Assembly: GCF_001194135.2 (NCBI RefSeq)
Contig: NC_068983.1
Location: 72,980,811 to 73,044,810, forward strand
DNA from: Octopus bimaculoides
Lineage: Eukaryota
Direction of reading: 5' to 3'
DNA: 64,000 bases
Below the pieces are notes generated by a model. It made no database searches. It was not told the origin of the DNA and saw only the letters and a program-made list of their open reading frames with translations. Made by a program: the position numbers and the translations under genes. Shown here piece by piece: positions 51,351 through 64,000 of the stretch (the first letter of the stretch is position 1; each line of letters begins with the position of its first letter).

Positions 51351-53943
51351 CTGTAGGGATACATACTAGCTCTCAGTTAGGTAGACTGTACATGCTTTGA
51401 CTTACGAGCTTTCCCTGAGAGAATACCATAAAGATTGTAGTATGGTTTGAGCTGACGATCATGTGGTCAATAATACAGCAATATTCATTATTTTAATTTA
51501 ACTAAATTTACTGCCTTTACACACACGGTAGATGATACAATCAGCTAAAACAATAGGCAACCTTCCCTTATGTAATACAGTGAGCCATTTGAGCTTCCTG
51601 TCTTTTTATATTAAGGACAAATTAACTTGGAAGTGTTCATCCCTCATCAATCCAGATTCATGTTGAAGGAGGATTAACACTCTCAATGTATTGATAAGAA
51701 GCAATTTGCTTATATTTCAATTAATTTTGAAAACAATCAAGAACTTGAAAAGGTTTAATGCACTACAGATTCTTTATTGTGTTAAGCTAATGTTTAGAAT
51801 TCAGGAAAAAGTTCTTTCATAAAACTGAACTGAAAACTTTACTGAAATATCTTACTATATAAGTCATGAAGTTTTGAACTTAATTACAATTTCATCACCA
51901 AGTAAAATGGCCAATGAATGAGCCTGTAATTGGTCACTTGATCTGCTAGAAATAGTAACCAAATCTCCTTCAAATCATATGCGATCATATAAAACAATGG
52001 AATGATACATTAGATAATGTTGTCCAAGGTAGCGTTAAAAGACAGTGACAACTGGAGTGCTTTTGACCACAGGTTTGTTCAGTCAGAGTTGACTTAGAGC
52101 TAAACAACTTCAACATGTGTATGATCTGATCGAAAACAATCTCTTTTAACTAGATTTGATGATTTTTAGTGGGTGGAAAACACAGACAATATTTTGCTGG
52201 TATTTTGTAAATCACTGTAGAGTAATGATAGAAAAGAACTTGTACCCCTATTTTACTAAGTAGAAGTAGCAGATATTTCGGTTGAGAATCTAAAGTTTAA
52301 ATTGATGAAGAGAGGAAGAATTAGACTAAGACATATTTACCAAAATCAATATCAATATGCAATTTTCATACTGGCCTAAATCAATATGTAGTTTTCTTTT
52401 CCAATAAGGCAGCTTCATTGGTGGGGGAGGGTTAAATAAACACACACCACACCACATATAACATTTTCATATTATTATTCTAAATCAGCAAAAACTATAC
52501 ATCAAAGACCTAAATAGTATCTGAGGAAGAAAAATTTCCTTTCATGTCAATGAACTGGTTTTCTGGTTAATAATTTTTTTTTTTAATGATTGCTTTTTGA
52601 GACTGAGATTTATATAAAAATCATATAATATAGAAGGAAATAAATACAACTCTATGTTGTCAGTTAACAATAACTCCATTCTATATAATATTCTTTTTAT
52701 TATTTCATGTCCACTTTTCCATGCTTGCAAGGATGGAATGGTTTCTCCCTCTCTCTAATTTATTTTGGTGGTTCATTTTGTTTTATTTATTGATTGATTG
52801 ATTTTGGAATTTACTGCTGAAACGTTTTTCATATTGCTGATCATTCAATGATGAATTTTTTTTTTGTTCTTTAACAGGCAAGCTGGAACAAGCAGAATCT
52901 TGCTCAGTGATATAACACAGTAGCTAAAGTAGGATTTGCACTTAAAAACCTTTACGCTCACAGCTATTGTATCTCTAGTTTTTATAAAAAAACTTATTGA
53001 AGTAGAGAAGTTCTGGTTCTGGTATTTTCCTGATTACCAAGCATTATTAATAACAATATTCATATAATAATTAGAGTAACCAAGAACTGCTCTAATTAGT
53101 TCTGTCTACCACAGCCATTAATTTTTTTTCCTACCCAATTATTTCATTAATAAAGTATATCTGATGAAAACAATTCAAAAATTAACTCCTTGAAAGTAGC
53201 ACAGTACTACCCATTTTGTATGTATAAAAAGAGATATACTGTATATAAAAATTACATACACAGTAATGCTATAACAAAATAAAAGAAAATACATTTGATA
53301 GAGTAAATATTTTGATTATAGAGTTATAGCTTCATTTTACAACATTCTGTTATTCAGAGTTTCACATGTCTGTTCATGGACAATCCTCAGAGAGGGCTGG
53401 TTGGAGAAATGAATAACTATCACAGTCAGTTTTATTAGTGCAGTTAAATGTACCATAAACATTATGTTCCTATTCACAGATGTATGACATTAAATTTCTG
53501 ATGTTTCCAGGCTAATAACTTATTAGTATAAGATAAAGAAGTTTACTATGCCTGAAATTTTGAACAAAATGTATAACTTCACATATATCAGTGGCATAGT
53601 GGATAAGAGCTTTATTACCCATTGTTGAGAAATAAGTTTTTTTTTCACTTTTAGTTCAAATTCACTTTGTTTCTATGTACATATCCAGAAATAAGTTACC
53701 TGAGATGTAGTATAGATGCAAATGCTAAAGTAAAGTTACTCTCTAAAGATAAGATTAAGAGTAAAAACAGGAATTTTCAGAAGTATCTCTACTAAAAATA
53801 TTTCAATTTTTTTTGCATCTCCCCAACCAATGTTCATATTAAAAGAAAAAAAAAAACCTTTGCTCAAAATAATGTATTAAGTAGTATGGTGGGGTTATAA
53901 GTTATTACATAGCTAACAGGTTTAAAGTCATCGAAATACTCAC

Positions 53944-54027
53944 CGTTGAAGCAAGCATACTACCACCAAACCAAACTGCATAACGTTGCATGTGATGAGA
54001 TATGACCTGGCATTCAATAGGTTTTGG
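53944..54027 (-). CDS. ACTR3: Arp3 exon ([28 protein letters not shown])
   Basis: Near-identity to Arp3. CAG acceptor and GTGAGT donor; 84 nt. Confidence 0.98.
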
Positions 54028-54189
54028 CTGCCAAATAAAATACGTAATGGTTGTAGAGAATTATTCATGAAAACAATATAATTTAATACAAAAGTTATAT
54101 ATCAGCTAATGAAATGTTAATAATGACAAAACAAAAAATTTGTGAAATTGCTGTTATGGAAGTTGACCAGTTTTCTATGAACAAGTGAT

Positions 54190-55226
54190 CATCATCATCA
54201 TCATCATCATCGTCTTACGTCCGCTTTCCATGCTAGCATGGGTTGGACGATTTGACTGAGGACTGGTGAAACCGGATGGCAACACCAGGCTCCAGTCTGA
54301 TTTGGCAGAGTTTCTACAGCTGGATGCCCTTCCTAACGCCAACCACTCAGAGAGTGTAGTGGGTGCTTTTACGTGTCACCCGCACGAAAACGGCCNNNNN
54401 NNNNNNNNNNNNNNNNNNNNNNNNNNNNNNNNNNNNNNNNNNNNNNNNNNNNNNNNNNNNNNNNNNNNNNNNNNNNNNNNNNNNNNNNNNNNNNNNNNNN
54501 NNNNNNNNNNNNNNNNNNNNNNNNNNNNNNNNNNNNNNNNNNNNNNNNNNNNNNNNNNNNNNNNNNNNNNNNNNNNNNNNNNNNNNNNNNNNNNNNNNNN
54601 NNNNNNNNNNNNNNNNNNNNNNNNNNNNNNNNNNNNNNNNNNNNNNNNNNNNNNNNNNNNNNNNNNNNNNNNNNNNNNNNNNNNNNNNNNNNNNNNNNNN
54701 NNNNNNNNNNNNNNNNNNNNNNNNNNNNNNNNNNNNNNNNNNNNNNNNNNNNNNNNNNNNNNNNNNNNNNNNNNNNNNNNNNNNNNNNNNNNNNNNNNNN
54801 NNNNNNNNNNNNNNNNNNNNNNNNNNNNNNNNNNNNNNNNNNNNNNNNNNNNNNNNNNNNNNNNNNNNNNNNNNNNNNNNNNNNNNNNNNNCTGTTAGGG
54901 TGTGGCACTTTTTCACGCAGCTATCCTCATCCATTCTCACCACATGTCCATACCAGCGCAATCGTCTCTCTTGCACGCCACAACTGATGCTTCTAATGTT
55001 CAGTTTTTCTCTCAAGATACTTACACTCTGACGGGTATTCACATTGACATTACACATCCAACGGAGCATACTGGCTTCATTCCTTGCGAGCTTACGTATG
55101 TCCTCAGCAGTTACAGTCCATGTTTCACTGCCATGTAGCATGGTTGTTCGTACGCAAGCGTCATACAGTCTGCCTTTTACTCTGAGTGAGAGTCCCTTTG
55201 TCGCCAGCAGGGGTAAGAGCTCAAAT
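54190..55226 (-). mobile_element. 5'-truncated RTE LINE spanning an assembly gap
   Basis: ELLPLLATKGLSLRVKGRLYDACVRTTMLHGSETW...RRLRWYGHV at 54892-55226. Family D 3' UTR and (GAT)n tail at 54190-54395. Confidence 0.85.
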
Positions 55227-55553
55227 ATTGAAATTTTTGCAACATACATTATTTCTACAAGTGCTTTAACCTTTTCACTGCAGAAAGCATTGTTATGTAT
55301 CGATCTGCCTTTTGTTAAGGATATCACGTTTGAAACTTTTTTGATGAAGATATGTCTGTATATTGAGGCAATATGACTTGTAGAAAATATCAATTCTATT
55401 TTTTGACAGATCTATAACATCATTACTAGAATAACAATGAAATTTAATTTTGCAGTTTAAGTGTTAATTGCTTATAATTTGTGAACCATATTTTTTTTTT
55501 TTTTAACTGGTAGTATTTTTGATTGATTTTAGTGTTTCTCTTCAAGAAACGTA

Positions 55554-57891
55554 CAGGGGTTTTCCGAAAATCTGCCCAGGGCTGTTAAATGGAAAATTCT
55601 ATTTTACAAAACTTTTTTTTGGCTTAAATAACCACCCACCTATAATAAGTGCCCATGGGCAGTAAAATGAAAGTAAAATATTTCACCTAGGAAAAACAAA
55701 GATATTCTCAAAAACCATATTTATTTTATACAATTCCATTGAACTTCTATCGTTTCCATTATCAGATATATGTTGTTGGCACTCCGTCGCTTACGACGTC
55801 GAGGGTTCCAGTTGATCTGATCAACGAAACAGCCTGCTCGTGAATTTAACGTGCAAGTGGCTGAGCACTCCACAAACACGTGTACCCTTAACGTAGTTCT
55901 CGGGGATATTCAGCGTGACACAGTGTGATGAGGCTGACCCTTTGAATTACAGGCACAACAGAAACAGGAAGTAAGAATGAGAGAAAGTTGTGGTGAAAGA
56001 GTACAGCAGGCTTCGCCACCATCCCCTGCCAGAGCCTCGTGGAGCTTTAGGTGTTTTCGCTCAATAAACACTCACAACGCCCAGTCTGGGAATCGAAACT
56101 GCGATCCTATGACCGCGAGTCTGCTGCCCTAACCACTGGGCCATTGCACCTCCTATCAGATATATAGACATAAAGAAACTGAAACAGCCTTAAAAGAAGT
56201 AGCATATTAAAAAATATTCTGAAGTTAACAATGGATCTATTAGGAAATATTGAAAATTAAACTGTTGAAAACATGAATAGAAGCCTCGTATGAACAAATA
56301 ATGTCCTTGGGCATTTATGGTAGAATAATAAACGAATAGTTTCAAGTTAAATATCACGAATTTCTTCATTTGTTGCTTGGCCATAATTCATATCAGAGCA
56401 AATTTCACTTACTTGTAACTCATCTTCTTCTTCAATTTTGTCATTATGTGCATCTGGCACATTTACCTCAAGGCCAGACAAAACATCCTGTAAGCGTGAG
56501 TTTAAGAGGCTATGTTCTACAGTCTGTCCACGAGGAGCAATTCCACAACATTCAAAGGCACACTTTATAGTTTCTTTATTTAAAGTGGCAACAGCTTGGA
56601 TCACAAAGTTCACTATCTCTTGATAAGAAGGCTTTTTGCGATATCCTTTATTTGTATACTCCTTTTTGCCATTTGAAAACCAACTCTCCCATTCAGCATG
56701 AAGGGCTTTCTTGAAAGGACCAATAATTGATACATCTAACAGCTGCAAGTAAGATGTTGTTTTAGGAGGTATAAGTTTGAGAATCGTATTCTTACGTTTG
56801 AACACTTCTAGGAGCTCTGTTTTCTTGTGCACTGAGCATTCATCCATGAATAGCACTGAATTTTGAGCATGGAATAGCTGTGCTGTTCTCTGCCCAAACA
56901 CTTTGTCAGCCCACAGCTGCATAAGTCCATATGTGATTGATCCCCTGTTGGAGACTGTAGAGTAAATATTCTTTGGGACCTTGATTTTAGGCACGTTTTT
57001 CAATCCTTTACGGATAATCATTGTTTTCAACACCTTTCCTGCAGCATTAACACACAACACAGCAGTCAAACAAGCTTTGGTAGCACCACAGTGGCTAGCA
57101 TCTACATTTTTATTGCTGACAAAGTCTATGGTTGTTGAGCTCAACATGTCAATGTATACAGGTGTTTCATCCATATTATAAATCTGATCAGCATCCTTAT
57201 CTGCTGCTAATACTGGAATGCTATCTAGATAGTCACTGGCGATTTGTGCCTTTTTTCCAAGTGTTTTATTGTCCACTTGACCAACATGTGTAATCTTTTT
57301 CGCAGTCAGTTATTCCGTTTCATGAAATTGAAAATCCATTTATCAGAACATCTAAAGCTGTTCATTTCAATTCCAAACCTTTTTACCAATTCAAAAGGAT
57401 ACTCCCGTAAATGGCAATAATTTACAATTATATTCTTTGCATGCTGAACAAAAATCCATTGTAAGAGTTCGATCTCTAGATCTCTATGTGCTGGTCTTCT
57501 ACCTCCACCAATTGATCTGCACCTCCTCTTGTCTGACATATTGATTAACTCAGTTTCTTTTGTGCACTATCCTCTCAATCGTTTTATATCAATATCTAAG
57601 TCTCTTGACGCAACAGATAAATTGCCAGAATGTTCTTTCACTCGTTTAATAGCACTCAATTTTTCACTAATGGTATATGATAGTTGAACACGTTTTGATA
57701 TATTTTCTTTCGACTCCATTATTGGGAATAAAAATCCTTTGAATTTATCTACAGATGTAGAGCAAATGAATGTCTAAACAGAATGCAAACAAGAACACTT
57801 ACTCTGTTTCAACTTTTAACCACATAACCGTCCATCCAAATAAACACCCATGGGCAACCTAATGGATGGGTAGATTTTCGGAAAACCCTGG
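55554..57891 (-). mobile_element. pogo-superfamily DD35D DNA transposon with both TIRs (transposase inactivated)
   Basis: TIRs CAGGGGTTTTCCGAAAATCTGCCCA / TGGGTAGATTTTCGGAAAACCCTGG flanked by TA. Transposase from ATG 57719 with HTH/CENP-B-like regions, then YNMDET, FMDE and LQLLD (35 aa between D2 and D3). In-frame TAG at 57567, TGA at 57306 and one frameshift. Confidence 0.93.
55772..56153 (-). mobile_element. Full-length family B SINE nested in the pogo element
   Basis: Reverse complement of 34926-35305. 12-bp TSD TATCAGATATAT (55760-55771 / 56154-56165). Confidence 0.95.
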
Positions 57892-57987
57892 TACTACTTT
57901 TATTGCAGTGTACTTTAACTCTCCTTCGTACAATTGGTACACACAAACACGCACACCTCAAGCAGCTTCATGTCTTACAAAACATAC

Positions 57988-58113
57988 CTTTAATCTACCT
58001 CCGCCAAGTTCTTCACTAGCTTTCAGGCGAGCATCAACTATTCTCTTGACATCTCTCTGTAGCTTACGACCAAAATCTCTAAACATGGTAGAACCTCCTG
58101 ACAAAACAATATT
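57988..58113 (-). CDS. ACTR3: Arp3 exon ([42 protein letters not shown])
   Basis: Near-identity to Arp3. CAG acceptor and GTATGT donor; 126 nt. Confidence 0.98.
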
Positions 58114-59258
58114 CTGAAAAAAGTAGAAAATTAGATGTAGTTTACTTAGTATCATTGAATGACTTAAGAATTTTCATAAAATTAAGAAAACAGCCTTTTA
58201 AGTATAACTAAATCTTTGCCAATTATAGAATGGAAAATATTTACCTGTAAGTTTTAAGCTTTTTTCAAACTAAAACACTTCACACATAAGTGTTAAAACC
58301 TAGTTTCAGTTGCATTAAATAGATACAACATAACTTGCTCTTATAAAATGCTGTTCTATAGTAAACCTTGTGCTAATAATGTTGGAAATTAGTTGCTCAA
58401 CCTATCTGAATTGTGACTGGTATCAAAAGACATGTTGAATAATTTACTTAAAAGATGTGCTGTTGGTGCAGATCCAATATCACCATGCATTTAGCTGTTA
58501 AACTTATTAATATTTAAATTCAAATTACGATAAATGTAAACAAACAAACGAAGTTTGCTTTTTAGAAGCATTGAAATGTCTTAGAAAGTTAAAGAAGTGA
58601 TTTTAAATTCTCAAACGCAGGATAATGCTAATAATATAGCCTGAACAGGATAAACTACCCCTATTTTGCAGAAAGAAGTGTGGGCGGCCATCCATGAGAC
58701 ACGAACTCACACTTCCGTGATTACACATCGCGGTGCACTTTATCATTTGAGCTAAACTGCCCAGCCACAAGTTTTTCTGCAAATTTAAGATGTATAGACA
58801 TCTCGCTTTATGAGACGCTATCATGTTAAATTCAAATTACGAAGTTTGCTTTTTAGAAGCTTTGAGATGTCTTACAGAATTTAAAATCACTTCTTTATTA
58901 ATATTTGAAAATTGCAAATTAGTTGATTGCAGTTATTATTGTGAAAATATGTTTCAGGAAAACCACATCTATAACTTAGTATTAAATTCCATTTGTATAC
59001 TAATCACTTCACTTGTGTTTTTATGACTTTTCAAAAAAATCTGAAGATTAAACAAGTTCATTTCTGTTCTCTAAAATTTGAGGTTTTGTGCTTAACAAAG
59101 ACACATGTTATGACAAGATTCAAATAATTCAATTGGTTTGTTATTAATACACCAAAGATACATGACAGCTAGAATACTTTAATGGCAAAGTATGAAAAGT
59201 CTACTTTAGAATTTTCTATTATCTTGAAAACAGTATTAAATAAATTTTGTTGGCTTAC

Positions 59259-59351
59259 CCGATATAGACCTCGACGCACATCAATAGGACAATTCTGGAT
59301 GACATTGTCCACTATTTCAGAAATTGGAATGGTAAAGTCAGGGTTTGAAAA
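59259..59351 (-). CDS. ACTR3: Arp3 exon ([31 protein letters not shown])
   Basis: Near-identity to Arp3. TAG acceptor and GTAAGC donor; 93 nt. Confidence 0.98.
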
Positions 59352-59983
59352 CTAAAGAAAGAAAAAATAACATTTCAATACAATGTCACATATGGTATTG
59401 AAAGGGCTAACTTGAATAATTTCATATGAAAAGCATGACTAGTATAAATATTCTTTTCACAGAGAAGGCAATAAAAGGAAGGTCTTTGAATTTATAAAGT
59501 TATAGAAAAGCAGAAGTGATGGCTAACACAGCCAGTGGCCAGAGTTTCAAGTTCACTGCCAGGTAACACATGACAGCAATATATAGGAGTCTCAGTTCAG
59601 GTGATTACAATGTAAATAATGGCTGTCTATTTAGTCGGAAGAAAGCAATATTCTGGCTCTCAATGTCTTACAATAAACTCTGAAGATTTATTGTGAATGA
59701 TGTTTAGGTGCATGTTGGGAGATCCACAATGAAATAGTGTTACTGTAAAAAAAAAAATATTAGATAACATGTAATATGAATAGTGAGACAGACAGTTGAA
59801 GGAAGTGGCAGGTTTAAATAATTACTGATTTACACATGACTGTCTTCTGTTCACATTATAGAATGAATTTCACTGAAATAACAACCCAAATATGTCTTCC
59901 AAGTGTAGCAGCTGTAAAAGATACATTTTTCATACAAGTGATGAAGTAATAAAAATGGAAAAAGTAAACACTGATTTCTAGGT

Positions 59984-61456
59984 TCATCATCATCATCATC
60001 ATCGCTTAACGTCCGCCTTCCATGCTAGCATGGGTTGGACGATTTGACTGAGGACTGGTGAAACCGGATGGCAACACCAAGCTCCAATCTAATTTGGCAG
60101 AGTTTCTACAGCTGGATGCCCTTCCTAACGCCAACCACTCAGAGAGTGTAGTGGGTGCTTTTACGTGTCACCCACACGAAAACGGCCACGCTTGAAATGG
60201 TGTCTTTTATGTGCCACCCGCACAAGAGCCAGTCCAGGGGCACTGGCAACGATCTCGCTCGAAAACCCTACAAAGGCCAGTCAGGCGGTATATATATATA
60301 TATATATATATATATGTCTGTACGTATTNNNNNNNNNNNNNNNNNNNNNNNNNNNNNNNNNNNNNNNNNNNNNNNNNNNNNNNNNNNNNNNNNNNNNNNN
60401 NNNNNNNNNNNNNNNNNNNNNNNNNNNNNNNNNNNNNNNNNNNNNNNNNNNNNNNNNNNNNNNNNNNNNNNNNNNNNNNNNNNNNNNNNNNNNNNNNNNN
60501 NNNNNNNNNNNNNNNNNNNNNNNNNNNNNNNNNNNNNNNNNNNNNNNNNNNNNNNNNNNNNNNNNNNNNNNNNNNNNNNNNNNNNNNNNNNNNNNNNNNN
60601 NNNNNNNNNNNNNNNNNNNNNNNNNNNNNNNNNNNNNNNNNNNNNNNNNNNNNNNNNNNNNNNNNNNNNNNNNNNNNNNNNNNNNNNNNNNNNNNNNNNN
60701 NNNNNNNNNNNNNNNNNNNNNNNNNNNNNNNNNNNNNNNNNNNNNNNNNNNNNNNNNNNNNNNNNNNNNNNNNNNNNNNNNNNNNNNNNNNNNNNNNNNN
60801 NNNNNNNNNNNNNNNNNNNNNNNNNNNNNNNNNNNNNNNNNNNNNNNNNNNNNNNNNNNNNNNNNNNNNNNNNNNNNNNNNNNNNNNNNNNNNNNNNNNN
60901 NNNNNNNNNGTTCATCATCATCATCATCATCGCTTAACGTCCGCCTTCCATGCTAGCATGGGTTGGACGATTTGACTGAGGACTGGTGAAACCGGATGGC
61001 AACACCAAGCTCCAATCTAATTTGGCAGAGTTTCTACAGCTGGATGCCCTTCCTAACGCCAACCACTCAGAGAGTGTAGTGGGTGCTTTTACGTGTCACC
61101 CACACGAAAACGGCCACGCTTGAAATGGTGTCTTTTATGTGCCACCCGCACAAGAGCCAGTCCAGGGGCACTGGCAACGATCTCGCTCGAAAATCCTACA
61201 GGAGCCAGTCAGGCGGTACTGGCAACGGCCACGCTCAAAATGGTGCATCTCATGTGCCACCCGCACAAGAACCAGTCCAGGGGCACTGGCAACGATCTTA
61301 CTTGGCTTGCCGGGTCTTCTCACGCACAGCCCATTTCCAAAGGTCTCGGTCCGTAGTCATCGCCTCGGTGAGGCCCAATGTACGAAGGTCTTGCCTCACC
61401 ACCTCAGCCCAGGTCTTCCTGGGCCTACCTCTTCCACGGGATGACCTGGGCTGAGG
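59984..61456 (-). mobile_element. RTE LINE 3' end (family D UTR plus last ORF codons), falsely duplicated across a gap
   Basis: RGRPRKTWAEVVRQDL...RWKWAVREKTR motif at 61300-61440, family D UTR and (GAT)n tail. Confidence 0.85.
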
Positions 61457-61527
61457 AACAACAATAGGAAAAAGTTTTTCAAAGCATGAAGAGTGTGTTA
61501 CATATTTAAATTAATATTAATTCTTAC

Positions 61528-61701
61528 CTCTGGATGGAAGAAAATTTCTGGTCCAAGAAATCGTTCATAACCAACATCTACACTGAAAGGGCTTTTGTTC
61601 ACGCTGTTTAAACCATCAAATCTTTTGATCCACTTCGTAGGATCTTGATCATACTTGTTGAATTCTTTAGCTATATCAGGACAGACGTAGCAAAATCGCT
61701 C
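61528..61701 (-). CDS. ACTR3: Arp3 exon ([18 protein letters not shown]...[18 protein letters not shown]); upstream exons lie outside the window or in the terminal gap
   Basis: Near-identity to Arp3. TAG acceptor and GTAAGA donor; 174 nt. Confidence 0.98.
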
Positions 61702-61904
61702 CTAAAATATACAACCATTGAAACCAATAAATACAACCTGAGAGTGAGAGAAAACGGCAACAAACAAGGAGAAAAGCTGTTGCTATAGTTCAAGGACAGT
61801 CATGGGTGAACATAAAGTACATGTTACAGGTATGTACACACAAACTTGAACAAGTGGATATAGATGTGCAAGAATGTACATTTATGTGAAGAAGTGTAAA
61901 TACA

Positions 61905-62420
61905 CCATCATCATCATTTAGCATCTGCTTTCCATGCTGGCATGGGTTAGACACTTTGAAACTGGTAAGCTGTAGGGCTACATCCAATCTTATTTGGTAT
62001 GGTTTCTATGGCTGGATGCTCTTCCTAATGCCAGCCACTCCAAGAATGTAGCGGGCGCGTTTTACATGCCACTGGCATGGGTGTCAGTTGTGTAACACTG
62101 GCCATGACTATGATCTCACTTGGTTTGATGAGTCTTCTTAAGCATGGTTATTACCAAAGGTCTCAGTCACTTATCATTGCCTCCATGAAGTTCAATGTTC
62201 CAAAGTTGCTTTTTATGTTCCACCAGCACAGGTGCCATTTACATGACACTGGCATCAACCACAACCACAATTTTGCTTGGCTTGATGAGTCTTCTCGAGA
62301 ACGGCATATAGCCAAAAGTCTTGGTCACTTGTCGTTGCCTCCATGAGGCCCAATGTTTGAAGATCATGCTTTACTACCTCATCCCATGACTTCCTGGGTC
62401 TACCCTTTCCACAGGTTTCC
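61905..62420 (-). mobile_element. Older family D / RTE 3' end
   Basis: (GAT)n tail, CTGGATGCTCTTCCTAATGCC body and CTTCCTGGGTCTACC (GRPRK) remnant. Confidence 0.75.
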
Positions 62421-62989
62421 CTCATAGTGATTATTTTCCTATTGTAGTTCCCTCCACATATGATTATTATAATTTTATATACATGTATACATCCCTAAAA
62501 GCAAGCACATGTTTATGCAGACATTAGTGAAGCATGGAAGTGAGAGTCCAAAAGACTCAAAGTTGGTCCAAACTACCAAATATGGAAAAATATGAAAAGA
62601 ACACTGGGAGATAAAGAAACCAAAGAAAAGAACTTACTTTCCAATATATCAAATGTAGTACAACTTAATTATTTATAAATTAATTTTACAAAGAAACCTA
62701 AATTATAAGTCTACATTCATATATTTGTTTTCTTGTGATTTGCCTTGCATTTACCTCGCATCGTTCTGGCCTTACCCACAATCCTTTATACACTAAATTA
62801 TAGCATAAGTTAAAGACCCCCACCAAGAACTACACAAAGAAACAACAATCTCCAATCCTTCCCAGTTGAGATGTTTGTTCATTTGTTTAATGTCCCTTTT
62901 TTTTCTTCCCTTGCTAACATGGATTGGAGGTGGGGGGGGAGCATATTTGAAGAAGGATTTATCATGCACATTTGCATGCACGTGTACAC

Positions 62990-63160
62990 ATGCACACGCA
63001 CAAAGATTCTTACAGTTTCCATCTACCAAATTCATTCACAAAGCACTGGTTGGTCAGGGGCTATCATAGAAGTTACTTGCCAAGGCACCGCGCAATAAGA
63101 CTGAACTCGTGGTTGCAAATCAAACTTACTAACCACATACCCCTACCTGCTCCTACATAC
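62990..63160 (-). mobile_element. SINE family A 5' part
   Basis: Reverse complement of the family A head and CORE-like segment (ACTTGCCAAGGCACCGCGCA). Confidence 0.65.
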
Positions 63161-63870
63161 AATATTCTCTTTTGGTATTTTATTCCTTACAACTTAAGAG
63201 AGAGAGAGAGAGAGAGAACATTTGTATTGCTTGAATTTGTCTGGAAAGGCTCTTCAGTTAGAACAAAGATGAGTGCAAGCAATCATAATTCNNNNNNNNN
63301 NNNNNNNNNNNNNNNNNNNNNNNNNNNNNNNNNNNNNNNNNNNNNNNNNNNNNNNNNNNNNNNNNNNNNNNNNNNNNNNNNNNNNNNNNNNNNNNNNNNN
63401 NNNNNNNNNNNNNNNNNNNNNNNNNNNNNNNNNNNNNNNNNNNNNNNNNNNNNNNNNNNNNNNNNNNNNNNNNNNNNNNNNNNNNNNNNNNNNNNNNNNN
63501 NNNNNNNNNNNNNNNNNNNNNNNNNNNNNNNNNNNNNNNNNNNNNNNNNNNNNNNNNNNNNNNNNNNNNNNNNNNNNNNNNNNNNNNNNNNNNNNNNNNN
63601 NNNNNNNNNNNNNNNNNNNNNNNNNNNNNNNNNNNNNNNNNNNNNNNNNNNNNNNNNNNNNNNNNNNNNNNNNNNNNNNNNNNNNNNNNNNNNNNNNNNN
63701 NNNNNNNNNNNNNNNNNNNNNNNNNNNNNNNNNNNNNNNNNNNNNNNNNNNNNNNNNNNNNNNNNNNNNNNNNNNNNNNNNNNNNNNNNNNNNNNNNNNN
63801 NNNNNNNNNNNNNNNNNNNNNNNNNNNNNNNNNNNNNNNNNNNNNNNNNNNNNNNNNNNNNNNNNNNNNN

Positions 63871-63932
<62 letters not shown>

Positions 63933-64000
63933 CACATATAGTCTTTCAAATAATTTTCTTTTTCTTTTACTCTGCTATATTAAACTTTCAGTGTGGTTAC

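Noticed and set aside
59984-61250. Apparent tandem duplication of ~300 bp of family D sequence
   Set aside because: The second contig restarts at the same base (GTTCATCATC) after the N gap. Most likely redundant assembly.
44780-63949. Long X-containing ORFs in the track
   Set aside because: Read-through of N gaps (44917-45246, 49531-49626, 54396-54891, 60329-60909, 63292-63870).

Overview
AT-rich, microsatellite-dense, intron-rich animal genomic DNA from a gapped draft assembly. The repeat families look like those of an octopus; this is my recognition and not a database result. Four genes are supportable. (1) An orphan 1232-aa single-CDS-exon protein at 12096-15794 (+) with a signal peptide and about 18 tandem ~44-aa Arg/Ser-rich repeats. 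(2) A small orphan 5-exon gene at 17619-21231 (+), 106 aa, possibly ~130 aa and secreted if a poly-T run is mis-sized. (3) A complete 4-exon MRPS30/mL65 gene (37332->26705, -, 473 aa). (4) The last five coding exons of ACTR3/Arp3 (61701->50189, -). The rest is mobile DNA: at least three tRNA-derived SINE families, RTE, R4/Dong-like and L2-like LINE remnants, a TIR-bounded pogo-like DD35D transposon with a nested SINE, Merlin/ISXO2-like and mariner remnants, hAT and piggyBac-type MITEs, and a decayed C2H2 zinc-finger array. The most interesting part is the pair of adjacent orphan, probably secreted, genes. No CRISPR, rRNA or bona fide tRNA gene was found.
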